From an uncultured delta proteobacterium (GTDB lineage: Bacteria; Myxococcota_A; Polyangia; Polyangiales; Polyangiaceae): DNA of 64,000 nucleotides. The position numbers were made by a program, and so were the translations under genes. The notes beneath the pieces are model-generated. The model had not been told where the DNA came from and searched no databases. It saw nothing but the letters and a program-made list of their open reading frames with translations. Location: contig CAWKKR010000004.1 of the NCBI GenBank assembly GCA_963850305.1, positions 480,001-544,000 on the forward strand. Reading direction: 5' to 3'. Of this stretch, positions 50,177 to 60,787 are shown piece after piece (position 1 is the stretch's first letter; the number at the start of each line of letters is the position of its first letter).

Positions 50177-51088
50177 GTGATGGTGGCGATCCCACGTCCC
50201 TCGCGCACGAACATCTGCGCGGTGATCGTCACGTACCACCCGGACGCGGCGTTCGAGAGCCGGGTTTTGCGTATCCTGCCCCAGGTCGCGCACATTGTGG
50301 TGGTCGACAATGCATCATCGGCGGACTCGCGACGGCCCCTCGATGAACTGTGCGCCCGCGGGGTGGTGGAACTCGTGCTGCTCGAGGAGAATCTCGGGAT
50401 CGGCGCGGCGCTGAACCGCGGGCTCGAACTGGCGATCGCTCGCGGGTTCACGTGGGGGCTAACCTTCGACCAGGACAGCGTGGCGGATGATGCGCTGGTA
50501 TCAAAGCTCCTCGAAGTGTACGCGGACTACCCGGACGCCGACCGCACGGCGATCATCGGCGCGAACTACGAAGAGGAAACGACGGGAACGACGGGAACGC
50601 CGAAGCGTGCCAGGCGCGCAGGCACATCGTGGATCGAAGTGGACGAGGTGATCACGTCCGGCTGCCTGCAGTCGCTCGCCGTATTTCGAGACATCGGTCC
50701 GTATCGCGAGGATCTCTTCATCTACTTCGTCGACAACGAATTCTGCAAACGCGCCCGGGTAGCGGGGTATCGCGTCATCCTTTCGCGCACGCCGCTCATC
50801 CTTCACCGCACGGGAAGCACCGCGCGACATCGGTGGCTCCATCGGGACTTCGTGACGCCACACTATGCTCCGTGGCGGCACTATTATATCGTGCGCAACG
50901 GCATCGTCCTCGTCGCCAGGTACTGGAGCGCGGACCCCAAATGGGGGATTCGCCGAGTCCGCAGCATCGTGAAACGGAGCATCGCGGTGCTCGTCTTCGA
51001 GAACGAGCGCGTCGAGAAATTCGCGTACATGATGCGCGGCGCTTACGACGGCGTGCGCGGTCGTACGGGCAAGTTACCGGCGGCGTGA
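50177..51088 (+). CDS. GT2 glycosyltransferase, rhamnosyltransferase-like
   Basis: AVIVTYHPD, VVVDNAS, ENLGIGAALNRG, FDQDS, ITSGCL, REDLFIYFVD, RHYYIVRN. Confidence 0.9.
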   Translation: MMVAIPRPSRTNICAVIVTYHPDAAFESRVLRILPQVAHIVVVDNASSADSRRPLDELCARGVVELVLLEENLGIGAALNRGLELAIARGFTWGLTFDQDSVADDALVSKLLEVYADYPDADRTAIIGANYEEETTGTTGTPKRARRAGTSWIEVDEVITSGCLQSLAVFRDIGPYREDLFIYFVDNEFCKRARVAGYRVILSRTPLILHRTGSTARHRWLHRDFVTPHYAPWRHYYIVRNGIVLVARYWSADPKWGIRRVRSIVKRSIAVLVFENERVEKFAYMMRGAYDGVRGRTGKLPAA

Positions 51089-51211
51089 ACCGAACCGGCT
51101 GCGATCGGAAGCCGGACCGGCGTGACCCGCTCGAAGAAGGGCTACGCATCCTCGAAGCAAAGCTCGAACGTCAAAGGGGACGACCGACGACGACGTCGGT
51201 GTACTAACCAG

Positions 51212-54200
51212 TCAGTGGATCGAGATGAGCTGGCAATCGGCGTTGCAGCCCGGCCCGCCGTCGCAGGTCTCGTATGGGGCCTGGATACGGCCGTCGCCGC
51301 AATAGGGGGCCAGCGTGCAGGCCGTGGTGCACAACCCCTGACCGTACGCGGTGGCGAGGCTGACGTTTCGCGACCCGTCGTCGCACTGCTCGGGACCGTT
51401 TTTCGTGCCATCCCCGCAGTACGCCGCAAGAGTGCAATTCGAATTGCAGGTGCCGTAGCTGCCGTCGTCGACACCGTCATCGCATTGCTCTCCGGGGTCC
51501 TTGACGCCGTCGCCGCACTTCTTCCGGCAGTTTGCGTCGCAGGTGCTGTCGACGGTGCCGTTCTTGGCGCCATCGTCGCAGACCTCGGGCGGCTCGATGG
51601 TGCCGTCACCACACGAGGTCAGCGGCACCGCTGACTTGCAATCCGGCGTGCAGGATCCGGGCTTTCCGCTGTTGACGCCGTCGTCGCAAACCTCGCCGTC
51701 CGCGCCGTCCACCTGCTTGTCACCGCAATAGGGCGCCAAGGTGCACCGGTTCGTGCACTGGTTCTTGCCATAGGCCGTGGCGCTATCCTGGCTACCGAGG
51801 TCGCACGCCTCGGGCGGATTCTGGACGACCTTGTCGCCGCAGTAACCGGCGAGCTGGCAATCCGGCGTGCACGTGCCGTAGCTGCCGTCGTTCTTGCCGT
51901 CGTCGCACGTCTCGGGCGCCGTCTTGATCCCGTCGCCGCACCGCGGGCCGAGGGTGCAATCGGCGTTGCACTTTCCGTAGCCGCCCGTGTTCTTCGAGGT
52001 GCCGTCATCGCACTGCTCGCCGGGGTCGAGGATTCCGTTGCCGCACTTCAGCGTGCACGTCGACGAGCAACCGCTGCTCGTCGAACCGTTGTCGATCCCG
52101 TCGTCGCACTGCTCGGGGCCGTTCTTGACGCCGTCGCCACATCGCTGGCCGAGCGTGCACGAACCCGTGCAGTAGCCGTACCCCGCGCCGTTCTTGGCGC
52201 CGTCGTCGCACTTCTCTCCGTTCGACACGACGCCATCTCCGCAGTAGGGAGCCCACTGGCAACCGGGCGCGCAGACCTGGGCCTTGCCGTAGCTGCCGAG
52301 GTTCGTTCCGTCGTCGCACGCCTCGGGCGGAGTCTGAACCTTGCTGTCTCCGCAATAAGGACCGAACGCCTGACACCCCGGCATGCATCCGCCGTAGGAT
52401 CCGTCGTTCTTGCCGTCGTCGCAGACTTCGTCCTCGGTCACGATGCCGTCGCCACAGACCGACGTGCATTGCGTGATCGCGTGAACGAAGCCCGTCAGCG
52501 TGAGCCGGTACGTGGACGCCGTGGTGTGTCGCTCTGCCTGGAAGACCGCGATCTCGTACATATCCCCCTTCACGAGGCCGAGGTTCTTCGCAGCGGTGGC
52601 GTCGAGCGTGATCGAGCCGTCGAGGGCGCCATGCACGCCGCCGAGATCGACCGCCAGGCGTCCGTTGATGAACACCCACACGTCATCGTCACCGGTGAAG
52701 TCCAGAACTTCCCCGCCCTCGTACGTGAATTGGTACCTGAGCTCGCTGGTGAACGAAAAGTTATGCGACAGGCCGTCGTCGGCCGTATCGACCTGCGGGT
52801 TCGGCAGCGCGTTCCACCCGAGATCGTCGAGCGGGAAGAAGCTCTGGTTGTCGAACTGATACGCGCCACTCGCGATCTGGACGAGAGTCAGCGTCGTGGG
52901 CTTTCTGTTCTGATCCAGATAGACGAGCTTGTCGTAGGGATTCTGTGTCGCGGCAAACCCGCCGTCCGTGGCGCCGCCGTCCGGTAGCTCGCTCCCGTCG
53001 CCCTCGGTCTCATGGTACCACCAGTAGAAGGAGTTTGCGCTCGTGATGAGCTGCGTCCCACCGGGTCCGCCGCTTCCCGTCGACGACTCGAAAAGCGGCA
53101 AGCCTTCCTCGTCGAGACGCGACTTCACGAGACCGGTCGCGGTCGCGATGTTCCACTGGAAGTCGGGGTGGCCGTTCGTCGTGCCGCGATAGCGAAAGTC
53201 CCGGTAGAGAATCGGTATCACCAGCTGGGACGGCGGCGCGAGCGTCACGACCTTGCAGGTGAAGCCTTTCTCCAGTTTGCAAGTGGAACTACAGCCATCG
53301 CCGCTCGTCGTGTTGCCATCGTCACACTGTTCTTGTGGGAACTTGAGGCCATCACCGCAGACGGCCGTGCATTTACCGCCGGAGCACTGGGGTTCGAGCG
53401 TGCAGGTCGGCGAGCAGCCGTCGTACGGGACGAGGCCGCCGTCGTCGCATTGCTCGAAGCCTTCCTTGACCCCGTCGCCGCACTTCGTCTTGTGGCACAC
53501 GCTCGCCTTGCCCGTGGCGGTCGTGCAGGCGTAGCCCGGCTCGAGCTTGCACGTCGAGCTGCAACCGTCGTTGCTCTTCGTATTGTGATCGTCGCACTGC
53601 TCGAGGCCAGCGACGATCCCGTCGCCGCAGTCCTTCGCGACGCACCTTCCGCCGGCAACCGGACAGGTCCAGCCGCTCTCCAGGGTGCAGGTCGAGCTGC
53701 AGCCGTCCCCCGCGGTCAAATTGCCGTCGTCGCACTGCTCGGTTCCGCCGATTTTGCCGTCCCCGCACTGGACCGTGGACACGCACGGCTTTCCAGGGGT
53801 CGGGCAAGCATACCCCTCCTCGATCTGGCAGAGCGGACTGCACCCGTCTCCCCCCGTCGTGTTGCCGTCGTCGCATCCCTCCCCGATGTCGAGATCGACG
53901 ACGCTGTTTCCACAGTACGCCGTCTTCTGACACGCGGCCCCGGGCGTCGGGCACGTCCAGCCTGTCTCGACCACGCAGGTCGAGCTGCAGCCGTCGTTGC
54001 TCGCCGTGTTGCCGTCGTCACACTGTTCGCCCGACTCGAGGATCGCGTTGCCGCACTTTGCCTTCGCGATGGTGCAGCTGCCGCCCGTTCCGTTTGCCGA
54101 CTTCGGGCACGTGTATCCGGGCTCGACGGTGCAGTTCGCGGTGCATCCGTCGCCGCTCTTCGTGTTGCCGTCATCGCACGACTCGCCCGGATCGACCTTG

Positions 54201-55057
54201 CCGTTGCCGCAGACCCAGAGGTTCGCGCAAGGTTGCCCCGGCGTCGTGCAGGCGTACCCGGGCTCGAGCGCGCAGATGCCCGAACAACCGTCCCCTGGAA
54301 CCGCGTTCCCATCGTCGCAGGTCTCGCCGAGGCTCGGCTCGACGATCCCATCTCCGCAATACTGAAGCGGGACGCACGACTGTCCGGGCGTTGGGCAGGT
54401 CCAGCCCGGCTCGAGCCGGCAATCCGCGGTGCATCCGTCGCCACCGGACGCGCCCCCGTCGAACGTGTTCGCGTCGTCGCACTGTTCGCCACTTTCGAGG
54501 ACGCCATCGCCGCAAACCGCGGGCGCATTCGACGCCACGCACGCATCGCCGGGAGTGACGCAGACGAAACCCGGTTCGACGGCGTCACAATCCGCACTGC
54601 AACCGTCACCCCCCTTGTCGTTCCCGTCATCGCACACCTCGGTCCCCTCGAGCTTGCCGTCCCCGCAGGTCATGACGATGGTGTAGACGCATGCCTGACC
54701 GGGGGTCGGGCACGTGTAACCGGGTTCGATCCGACAGACACCGGAACAGCCGTCCCCCGGCGTCGAATTCCCGTCGTCGCATTGCTCGGCCCCGCCGATC
54801 TTGCCGTCACCGCACACGACCGAAGGTCCGCAGCTTGCGCCGCTGCACGAAGAAATGGCGCCCGTATCGGCTCCGGAATCCACGAAAAGGAAGTTCGTGC
54901 CACCCGCTCCGGAGACGGTCGACTGTCCGCCGCTTCCGTTCCGCTGATCGTTCTCGCGGATGATCTCGGGGTTGCCGCTGCACCCGACAAACCAGCCCAC
55001 GAGGGCGACCACGACGATAGCGGAGAGCCTCTTCTGAACCAGAGACGACCGAGTCAT
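51212..55057 (-). CDS. Fibro-slime (PA14-like) domain lipoprotein with many Myxococcus-type cysteine-rich repeats
   Basis: Lipobox FVGC; many CGDG..EQCDDGN..GDGCS repeats; HNFSFTSELRY, FTGDDDVWVFINGRLAVDLGGVH. Confidence 0.92.
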   Translation of the reverse strand: MTRSSLVQKRLSAIVVVALVGWFVGCSGNPEIIRENDQRNGSGGQSTVSGAGGTNFLFVDSGADTGAISSCSGASCGPSVVCGDGKIGGAEQCDDGNSTPGDGCSGVCRIEPGYTCPTPGQACVYTIVMTCGDGKLEGTEVCDDGNDKGGDGCSADCDAVEPGFVCVTPGDACVASNAPAVCGDGVLESGEQCDDANTFDGGASGGDGCTADCRLEPGWTCPTPGQSCVPLQYCGDGIVEPSLGETCDDGNAVPGDGCSGICALEPGYACTTPGQPCANLWVCGNGKVDPGESCDDGNTKSGDGCTANCTVEPGYTCPKSANGTGGSCTIAKAKCGNAILESGEQCDDGNTASNDGCSSTCVVETGWTCPTPGAACQKTAYCGNSVVDLDIGEGCDDGNTTGGDGCSPLCQIEEGYACPTPGKPCVSTVQCGDGKIGGTEQCDDGNLTAGDGCSSTCTLESGWTCPVAGGRCVAKDCGDGIVAGLEQCDDHNTKSNDGCSSTCKLEPGYACTTATGKASVCHKTKCGDGVKEGFEQCDDGGLVPYDGCSPTCTLEPQCSGGKCTAVCGDGLKFPQEQCDDGNTTSGDGCSSTCKLEKGFTCKVVTLAPPSQLVIPILYRDFRYRGTTNGHPDFQWNIATATGLVKSRLDEEGLPLFESSTGSGGPGGTQLITSANSFYWWYHETEGDGSELPDGGATDGGFAATQNPYDKLVYLDQNRKPTTLTLVQIASGAYQFDNQSFFPLDDLGWNALPNPQVDTADDGLSHNFSFTSELRYQFTYEGGEVLDFTGDDDVWVFINGRLAVDLGGVHGALDGSITLDATAAKNLGLVKGDMYEIAVFQAERHTTASTYRLTLTGFVHAITQCTSVCGDGIVTEDEVCDDGKNDGSYGGCMPGCQAFGPYCGDSKVQTPPEACDDGTNLGSYGKAQVCAPGCQWAPYCGDGVVSNGEKCDDGAKNGAGYGYCTGSCTLGQRCGDGVKNGPEQCDDGIDNGSTSSGCSSTCTLKCGNGILDPGEQCDDGTSKNTGGYGKCNADCTLGPRCGDGIKTAPETCDDGKNDGSYGTCTPDCQLAGYCGDKVVQNPPEACDLGSQDSATAYGKNQCTNRCTLAPYCGDKQVDGADGEVCDDGVNSGKPGSCTPDCKSAVPLTSCGDGTIEPPEVCDDGAKNGTVDSTCDANCRKKCGDGVKDPGEQCDDGVDDGSYGTCNSNCTLAAYCGDGTKNGPEQCDDGSRNVSLATAYGQGLCTTACTLAPYCGDGRIQAPYETCDGGPGCNADCQLISIH

Positions 55058-55549
55058 GCGAAACTCCTTCGAGGGCGCGCGATGAGACGCAACTGATGGT
55101 TTAGCACGTGGCCACGGCGCGCTTACGCGCGGATCTCACGTCGTCTGCGTACAATCCGTTTGCGTACAAACTAATCAGAAGGGCTCGACTCTCCTACCCG
55201 AGCGCCGGTTCGCGCACCCCCGCGGAGAGCGGCCCTTCGCGAACGTGCTCGCGGCCGATACGAACGTCCCGGTGATGCTCGTGGCGAGCGATGACGGTGA
55301 GGAGTCGTCGAGGGTTCCGAGCGCCGAACCCCGGGCTCGCCCCGTACGGAAAGTCGCGTGTGACGATTCACCCGTGGGGAGAGGCACCGTCTATAACTCC
55401 CGAGACGCAAGCCTTGCGCTCGTGCGCCTTGAATGCACGGGGGGCGACGGCGACGAGGTCTGCCATGAGCAACCATCATGGCGGGCCGCCGGCTTGCGCG
55501 GAGCAGCCTTCGGACAGAACGAACGCGAACGAAGTGACGCCACCGTGCC

Positions 55550-55565
55550 TGGCATGGGCGTTGCT
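55550..55565 (+). promoter_or_regulatory. Sigma-54 -24/-12 promoter of ppsA
   Basis: TGGCATGGGCGTTGCT; conserved C is 14 nt upstream of ATG 55578; no SD in between. Confidence 0.75.
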
Positions 55566-55577
55566 CTGCGAATTCCT

Positions 55578-57962
55578 ATGAGCGCACAATTCGTAATTCC
55601 GCTGGATCGAGTCGAGCTTTCCGACGTGAGCCGCGTCGGTGGAAAGAACGCCTCGCTCGGGGAGCTGATCCGTCACCTCGGAACGTCCGGAGTGAAGGTC
55701 CCAGGAGGCTTCGCCGTCACGGCCGATGCATTCCGAAAACATCTGGCCGCAAACGATCTCGAATCGCGGATCTATCCGGCTCTCGAGCGGCTGGACGTCC
55801 GGAACGTGGAAGCACTGGAGCGAGAGGCGCTCGGCATTCGCGAGCTGATCCGCGCGGCGCCACTCCCCACGGTCGTGGCCGAAGAGGTTCTCGCTGCATA
55901 TGCCAATCTGTGTGCGGAGTACGGAGTGGCGGAGGCCGACGTGGCCGTGCGATCGAGCGCGACCGCGGAAGACTTGCCCGGGGCGTCTTTTGCGGGCCAA
56001 CAGGAGACGTTTCTCAACGTCCGCGGGGGAGCGCGCCTCCTCGCGCGAGTCCGCGACTGCATGGCGTCGCTCTTCACCGATCGCGCGATCGTCTATCGAG
56101 CCGAGCGCGGCTTCGACCATCGCCAGGTCGCGCTCTCCGTCGGCGTTCAGAAAATGGTCCGCAGCGACGTGGGATCCGCGGGCGTGATCTTCACGCTCGA
56201 CACCGAGTCTGGATTTCGCGACGTCGTCGTCGTCACCGCCGCGTACGGACTCGGGGAGATGGTCGTACAAGGCCGCGTGAACCCCGACGAGTTCTGGGTC
56301 CACAAGCCGACCCTGACGAAAGGGTTTCGGCCGATCCTTCGGCGCGAGCTCGGAGAAAAGGCCATCCGTCTGAAGTACGCCGAAGCGGCCGCTCGCGAGG
56401 TCGTCGAGGAACGAGTTCCCCGGGACGAGCGCCTGCGCTACGCACTCACGGACGACGAGGTGCTCGAGCTCGCACGCGCCGCAATGCGGATCGAGGAACA
56501 CTACAGCGCCGTCGCCGGGCGGCCGATGCCCATGGATATCGAGTGGGCGAAAGACGGCCGCGACGGCGGGCTCTACGTCGTGCAAGCGCGACCCGAGACC
56601 GTTCACTCGAACGGCGGGATTCCCAAGCTCGCTTTCTACCGCCTGCGCGGGAAGAGCGACGTCCTGCTCCGCGGAAAGAGCGTCGGGAGCGGCATCGGCC
56701 GCGGAACGGCGCGGGTCGTCCACTCGCCGACCGAGCTCTCCTCGTTCCAGGAAGGCGAGGTTCTCGTTGCAGCTTCAACCGACCCCGACTGGGAGCCGAT
56801 CCTCCGCCGCGCCTCGGCGGTGGTGACGGACCACGGCGGGCGAACCTGTCACGCGGCCATCGTCTCGCGAGAGCTCGGCATCCCCTGCGTCGTGGGCACG
56901 GGTTCGGCAACGACGACGATTTCGTCCGGAGAGGCGGTCACCGTCTCGTGTGCCGACGGCAGCGAGGGCAGCGTCTACCGCGGGCTCCTCGAATTCGACC
57001 GAACCGAAGTGGACGCGGCGGCGCTTCCTCGGTCGAAGGTGCCGATCATGCTCAATGTCGGCAACCCGGATTCCGCATTCCTGCTGGGCCAGCTCCCGAG
57101 CGCCGGGGTCGGTCTGGCTCGGCTCGAGTTCGTAATTTCCAACTCGATCGGCATTCACCCGATGGCGCTCGTTCATCCGGAGCGTGTCACCGATCGGGTC
57201 GCGCTGGCGGAGATACGCAAGCGCACCGCGGGGTTCTCGAACCCCTCGGACTTCTTCGTCGAACGCCTGGCGTCCGGCATCGCCCGCATCGGTGCGGCGT
57301 TCTATCCACGCCCCGTCATCGTTCGGTTCAGCGATTTCAAGACGAACGAGTACGCATCGCTTCTCGGAGGCGCCACGTTCGAGCCCAGAGAGGACAACCC
57401 GATGATCGGATTTCGCGGCGCCTCGCGGTACTACGACGAGCGCTATCGTGAGGGGTTCGCGCTCGAATGCCGCGCGATCCGGCGGGTTCGTGAGGAGATG
57501 GGCCTGGAGAACGTCGTCGTCATGGTGCCGTTCTGCCGGACCTTGACCGAAGCGCACCGAGTGTTGGCGGAGATGGACGCCAGCGGCCTTCGCCGCGGCG
57601 AGCACGGTCTCGAGGTGTACGTGATGTGCGAGATCCCGAACAACGTCATTCTCGCGAGCGAGTTCGCGGAGCTGTTCGATGGCTTCTCGATCGGCTCGAA
57701 CGATCTCACACAGCTGACACTGGGCGTGGACCGAGACTCGGAACTGCTCTCGCACATCTTCGACGAAGCCGATCCCGGCGTGAAGCGGTCGATCCAGAGC
57801 GTCATTTCTTCGGCGCACGCCAAGGGACGCAAGGTCGGCTTGTGCGGACAAGCGCCCAGCGATCGCCCCGAGTTCGCCGTGTTCCTGGCGGCGTGTGGCA
57901 TCGACTCGATCTCCGTCACCGCCGACGCGCTCCCAGCCATCAAAGAGATCCTCAAGGTGTGA
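55578..57962 (+). CDS. ppsA: Phosphoenolpyruvate synthase
   Basis: VGGKNASLGE, VAVRSSATAEDLP, QARPETVHS, GGRTCHAAIVSRELG, FDGFSIGSNDLTQL, CGQAPSD. Confidence 0.97.
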   Translation: MSAQFVIPLDRVELSDVSRVGGKNASLGELIRHLGTSGVKVPGGFAVTADAFRKHLAANDLESRIYPALERLDVRNVEALEREALGIRELIRAAPLPTVVAEEVLAAYANLCAEYGVAEADVAVRSSATAEDLPGASFAGQQETFLNVRGGARLLARVRDCMASLFTDRAIVYRAERGFDHRQVALSVGVQKMVRSDVGSAGVIFTLDTESGFRDVVVVTAAYGLGEMVVQGRVNPDEFWVHKPTLTKGFRPILRRELGEKAIRLKYAEAAAREVVEERVPRDERLRYALTDDEVLELARAAMRIEEHYSAVAGRPMPMDIEWAKDGRDGGLYVVQARPETVHSNGGIPKLAFYRLRGKSDVLLRGKSVGSGIGRGTARVVHSPTELSSFQEGEVLVAASTDPDWEPILRRASAVVTDHGGRTCHAAIVSRELGIPCVVGTGSATTTISSGEAVTVSCADGSEGSVYRGLLEFDRTEVDAAALPRSKVPIMLNVGNPDSAFLLGQLPSAGVGLARLEFVISNSIGIHPMALVHPERVTDRVALAEIRKRTAGFSNPSDFFVERLASGIARIGAAFYPRPVIVRFSDFKTNEYASLLGGATFEPREDNPMIGFRGASRYYDERYREGFALECRAIRRVREEMGLENVVVMVPFCRTLTEAHRVLAEMDASGLRRGEHGLEVYVMCEIPNNVILASEFAELFDGFSIGSNDLTQLTLGVDRDSELLSHIFDEADPGVKRSIQSVISSAHAKGRKVGLCGQAPSDRPEFAVFLAACGIDSISVTADALPAIKEILKV

Positions 57963-60724
57963 TGGGAACGCAGAAGGACCCGGAAGCGGCGATCGCCGCC
58001 GAACTGTCCGCCTACGGCGAGGAAGTCATCCTGAAGGACGGTGGCTCCATCCGTCTTCGCGCCGTCGGGGCGCCTGACCGGCAGCGCGTGCGTGCGTTCT
58101 TCGACCGCCTCAGCCCGAGGTCGTCTCGCTATCGCTTCTTCGGAGCGGTGTCGTCTCTTCCGTCAGCGGAGGTGTCCAGGATCGCGGGGCTCGACCCCGG
58201 TCGGACGGTGGCGCTCGCAGCCATCGACGACAGCCACGGCGACGAGGACATCGTTGGCATCGCCGAATTCGCGACGCGTCCTCGTGTCGACGGCTCCCCG
58301 GCGGCGTCGCAGGACCCACATCGAGCCGAATTCGCGGTCGCAGTCGCCGACGACCATCAGGACCGCGGCATCGGAACGCTCCTCCTCGAGCGGACGGCAG
58401 CGGCCGCTCAGAGGTCGGGAATCGACGAGCTCGAGGCCTACGTGCTCGCCGACAATGCCGAGATGCTCGACGTGTTTGCGAAGAGTGGATTTCAAATCCA
58501 GGGGTCGCGGGACCACGAACAATGCAAGGTCGTCTTTCAAACCGCGCAGACCGAGCAATTCGTGGCGGCGAGCCTCGAGCGAGAGCGCCTCGCGGCACGC
58601 GAAAGCGTGCGGGTGTTCTTCGAGCCGAGATCCGTCGCCGTCGTCGGGGTGTCGCGGAAGGAAGGGAGCATCGGCCGCGCCATCGTCGAGAACCTCGTGA
58701 AAGCGGGCTTTCCCGGGCCAATCTACCCCGTGAACTCGAACCTCGGGGAGGTGTCCGGCCTGACTTGCTTTTCGTCACTCCTGGCAGTCGGCAAGCCCAT
58801 CGACCTCGTCGTGATTGCCGTTCCGGCAGCGCAGGTCGAATCCGTGGTCGCCGACTGCGCCCACGTTCACGCGAGAGGCGTGGTCGTCGTGTCCTCGGGA
58901 TTCGGCGAGATGTCTCCGGAAGGCAAGGCCCGAGAGATACGGCTCAGGCACCAGGTGCGAAACGCAGGGATGCGCCTGGTTGGCCCGAATTGCATGGGCG
59001 TCCTCAACGCGGCCGACGACATCCGCCTCAACGCGACGTTCGCACCCGTGTGGCCCCCCTCCGGTAACGTGTCGATGCTCTCCCAGAGCGGCGCGCTCGG
59101 CATCGCGATGCTCGACTACGCGAGACAGTTGAACATCGGCCTCGCTGGATTCGTCTCGGTCGGGAACAAGGCGGACGTCTCGGTCAACGACCTGCTTTCA
59201 TATTGGGCGGACGATCCGAAAACGCGGGTCATCGTTCTCTATCTCGAGAGCTTCGGGAACACGCACAAGTTCGTGCGCCTTGCCCCGGAAGTTGCACGGA
59301 AGAAGCCGATCGTCGCGGTGAAATCCGGTCGCTCGGCGGCGGGGACCAGGGCAGCGAGCAGCCATTCGGCGGCACTTGCCAGCCTGGACGTCGGCATCGA
59401 CGCGCTGTTCGCGCAGGCGGGCGTCATTCGTACGAACACACTCGAGGAGCTCTTCGACGTGGTCGCGCTGCTGTCGACGCAACCTTCTCCGAAGGGGCCG
59501 CGCGTGGGGGTCGTCACGAACGCCGGCGGTCCGGGCATTTTGCTGGCTGATGCTTGCGAGGCCCACGGACTGGCCCTTCCGTCGCTGTCTCCGTCGACGC
59601 TCGAGGCGCTTCGACGGATTCTGCCGCCACAAGCCGGCCTCTCGAATCCCATCGACATGATCGCGTCGGCGAGCCCGGACCAGTTCGAGCAAGCCATTGC
59701 ACTCGTGGGGAATGACCCGCTCGTGGACTCCGTCGTCACCATCTATATTCCGCCCCTGGTCACCAAACCCGAGGAGGTGGCGAGAGGCATCGCGCGCGGT
59801 GCCGCTGCCATTCCGAAGGACAAACCGATCGTCACGGTGTTCATGTCTTCGAAGGGCGCGCCGCCCGTGCTGGCGGAGGGCGCACGCGGCAAGATCCCCT
59901 CGTTCGCCTTTCCCGAGAACGCGGCGCTGGCGCTCTCCGCTGCCCTCGGTCATTCGCGTTTCCAGCAGCGCCCCCGGGGCAATCTCGTCTCCATTCCGCG
60001 CGAGAACGAGCGACGCATTCGTCGACTCGTCGACGACGCCTTGCGCGCCTCGGGCGGGGCTAGCGTTTGGCTCTCGACGCAGGACCTCACGGCCCTCCTC
60101 GACCTCGCCGGGATCCCGTTTGCTCCGAGCAAGATGACCTTGCCAGACCCCGACGCCGCTGGCGCCGCCGGCGACGCCCTCGGGTATCCGGTCGTCTTGA
60201 AGGCTGTCGCCAAGACCCTCATTCACAAGAGCGACGTCGGAGGCGTGTCGCTCGGACTGGGCTCGCGAGAGGCCCTTCGAGACGCTGCCGCAGAGATGAA
60301 GACCCGCATGCAAGGTGGCGACCACACCCTCGAAGGCTTCCTGATTCAACGCCAGATCGACGGCGGAATCGAAGCACTGGTCGGCGTCACGCGAGATCGC
60401 GCACTCGGACCGGTCATCGTGGCTGGCCTCGGAGGCGTTCAGGTCGAATTGCTCGGAGACGTGGCGTTCAGGCTGCCTCCGATCTCCGACCTCGACGCAC
60501 GAGAGATGCTGGATCACCTGAAGGCGAAACGTCTCTTCGACGGCTTTCGAGGCGCCCCCCCTGCCGATCGGGCGGCACTGGTCGACGTGATCTGCAAGGT
60601 GTCCGCCCTCGTCGACATCGTGCCGGAAATTGCGGAGATCGATCTGAACCCCATCAAGGTGCTGATGCCCGAAAGGGGTGTCGTCGTCGTCGACGCGCGG
60701 ATCCGGATCGGGATCGAGAGCTGA
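57962..60724 (+). CDS. GNAT + ADP-forming acyl-CoA synthetase-like fusion (Pat-type protein lysine acetyltransferase, GNAT N-terminal)
   Basis: AEFAVAVADDHQDRGIGTLLL; PRSVAVVG, GPNCMG, SQSGALG, LYLESFG, SSHSAAL, HKSDVGGV, IDLNPI; TGATG overlap with ppsA. Confidence 0.92.
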   Translation: MGTQKDPEAAIAAELSAYGEEVILKDGGSIRLRAVGAPDRQRVRAFFDRLSPRSSRYRFFGAVSSLPSAEVSRIAGLDPGRTVALAAIDDSHGDEDIVGIAEFATRPRVDGSPAASQDPHRAEFAVAVADDHQDRGIGTLLLERTAAAAQRSGIDELEAYVLADNAEMLDVFAKSGFQIQGSRDHEQCKVVFQTAQTEQFVAASLERERLAARESVRVFFEPRSVAVVGVSRKEGSIGRAIVENLVKAGFPGPIYPVNSNLGEVSGLTCFSSLLAVGKPIDLVVIAVPAAQVESVVADCAHVHARGVVVVSSGFGEMSPEGKAREIRLRHQVRNAGMRLVGPNCMGVLNAADDIRLNATFAPVWPPSGNVSMLSQSGALGIAMLDYARQLNIGLAGFVSVGNKADVSVNDLLSYWADDPKTRVIVLYLESFGNTHKFVRLAPEVARKKPIVAVKSGRSAAGTRAASSHSAALASLDVGIDALFAQAGVIRTNTLEELFDVVALLSTQPSPKGPRVGVVTNAGGPGILLADACEAHGLALPSLSPSTLEALRRILPPQAGLSNPIDMIASASPDQFEQAIALVGNDPLVDSVVTIYIPPLVTKPEEVARGIARGAAAIPKDKPIVTVFMSSKGAPPVLAEGARGKIPSFAFPENAALALSAALGHSRFQQRPRGNLVSIPRENERRIRRLVDDALRASGGASVWLSTQDLTALLDLAGIPFAPSKMTLPDPDAAGAAGDALGYPVVLKAVAKTLIHKSDVGGVSLGLGSREALRDAAAEMKTRMQGGDHTLEGFLIQRQIDGGIEALVGVTRDRALGPVIVAGLGGVQVELLGDVAFRLPPISDLDAREMLDHLKAKRLFDGFRGAPPADRAALVDVICKVSALVDIVPEIAEIDLNPIKVLMPERGVVVVDARIRIGIES

Positions 60725-60787
60725 TGTTTCTCGTCTCCGCGTCGAGGAAGAATGGCCAATCGATCCGAGCTCGCCAGGGCGAGGTCC

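Noticed and set aside
53012..55096. Long antisense and alternative-frame ORFs (e.g. 53012..55096 +, 16847..18601 -, 26139..27767 +, 8281..9882 +)
   Set aside because: Arg/Ala/Val-rich shadow ORFs of well-supported genes, expected in high-GC DNA
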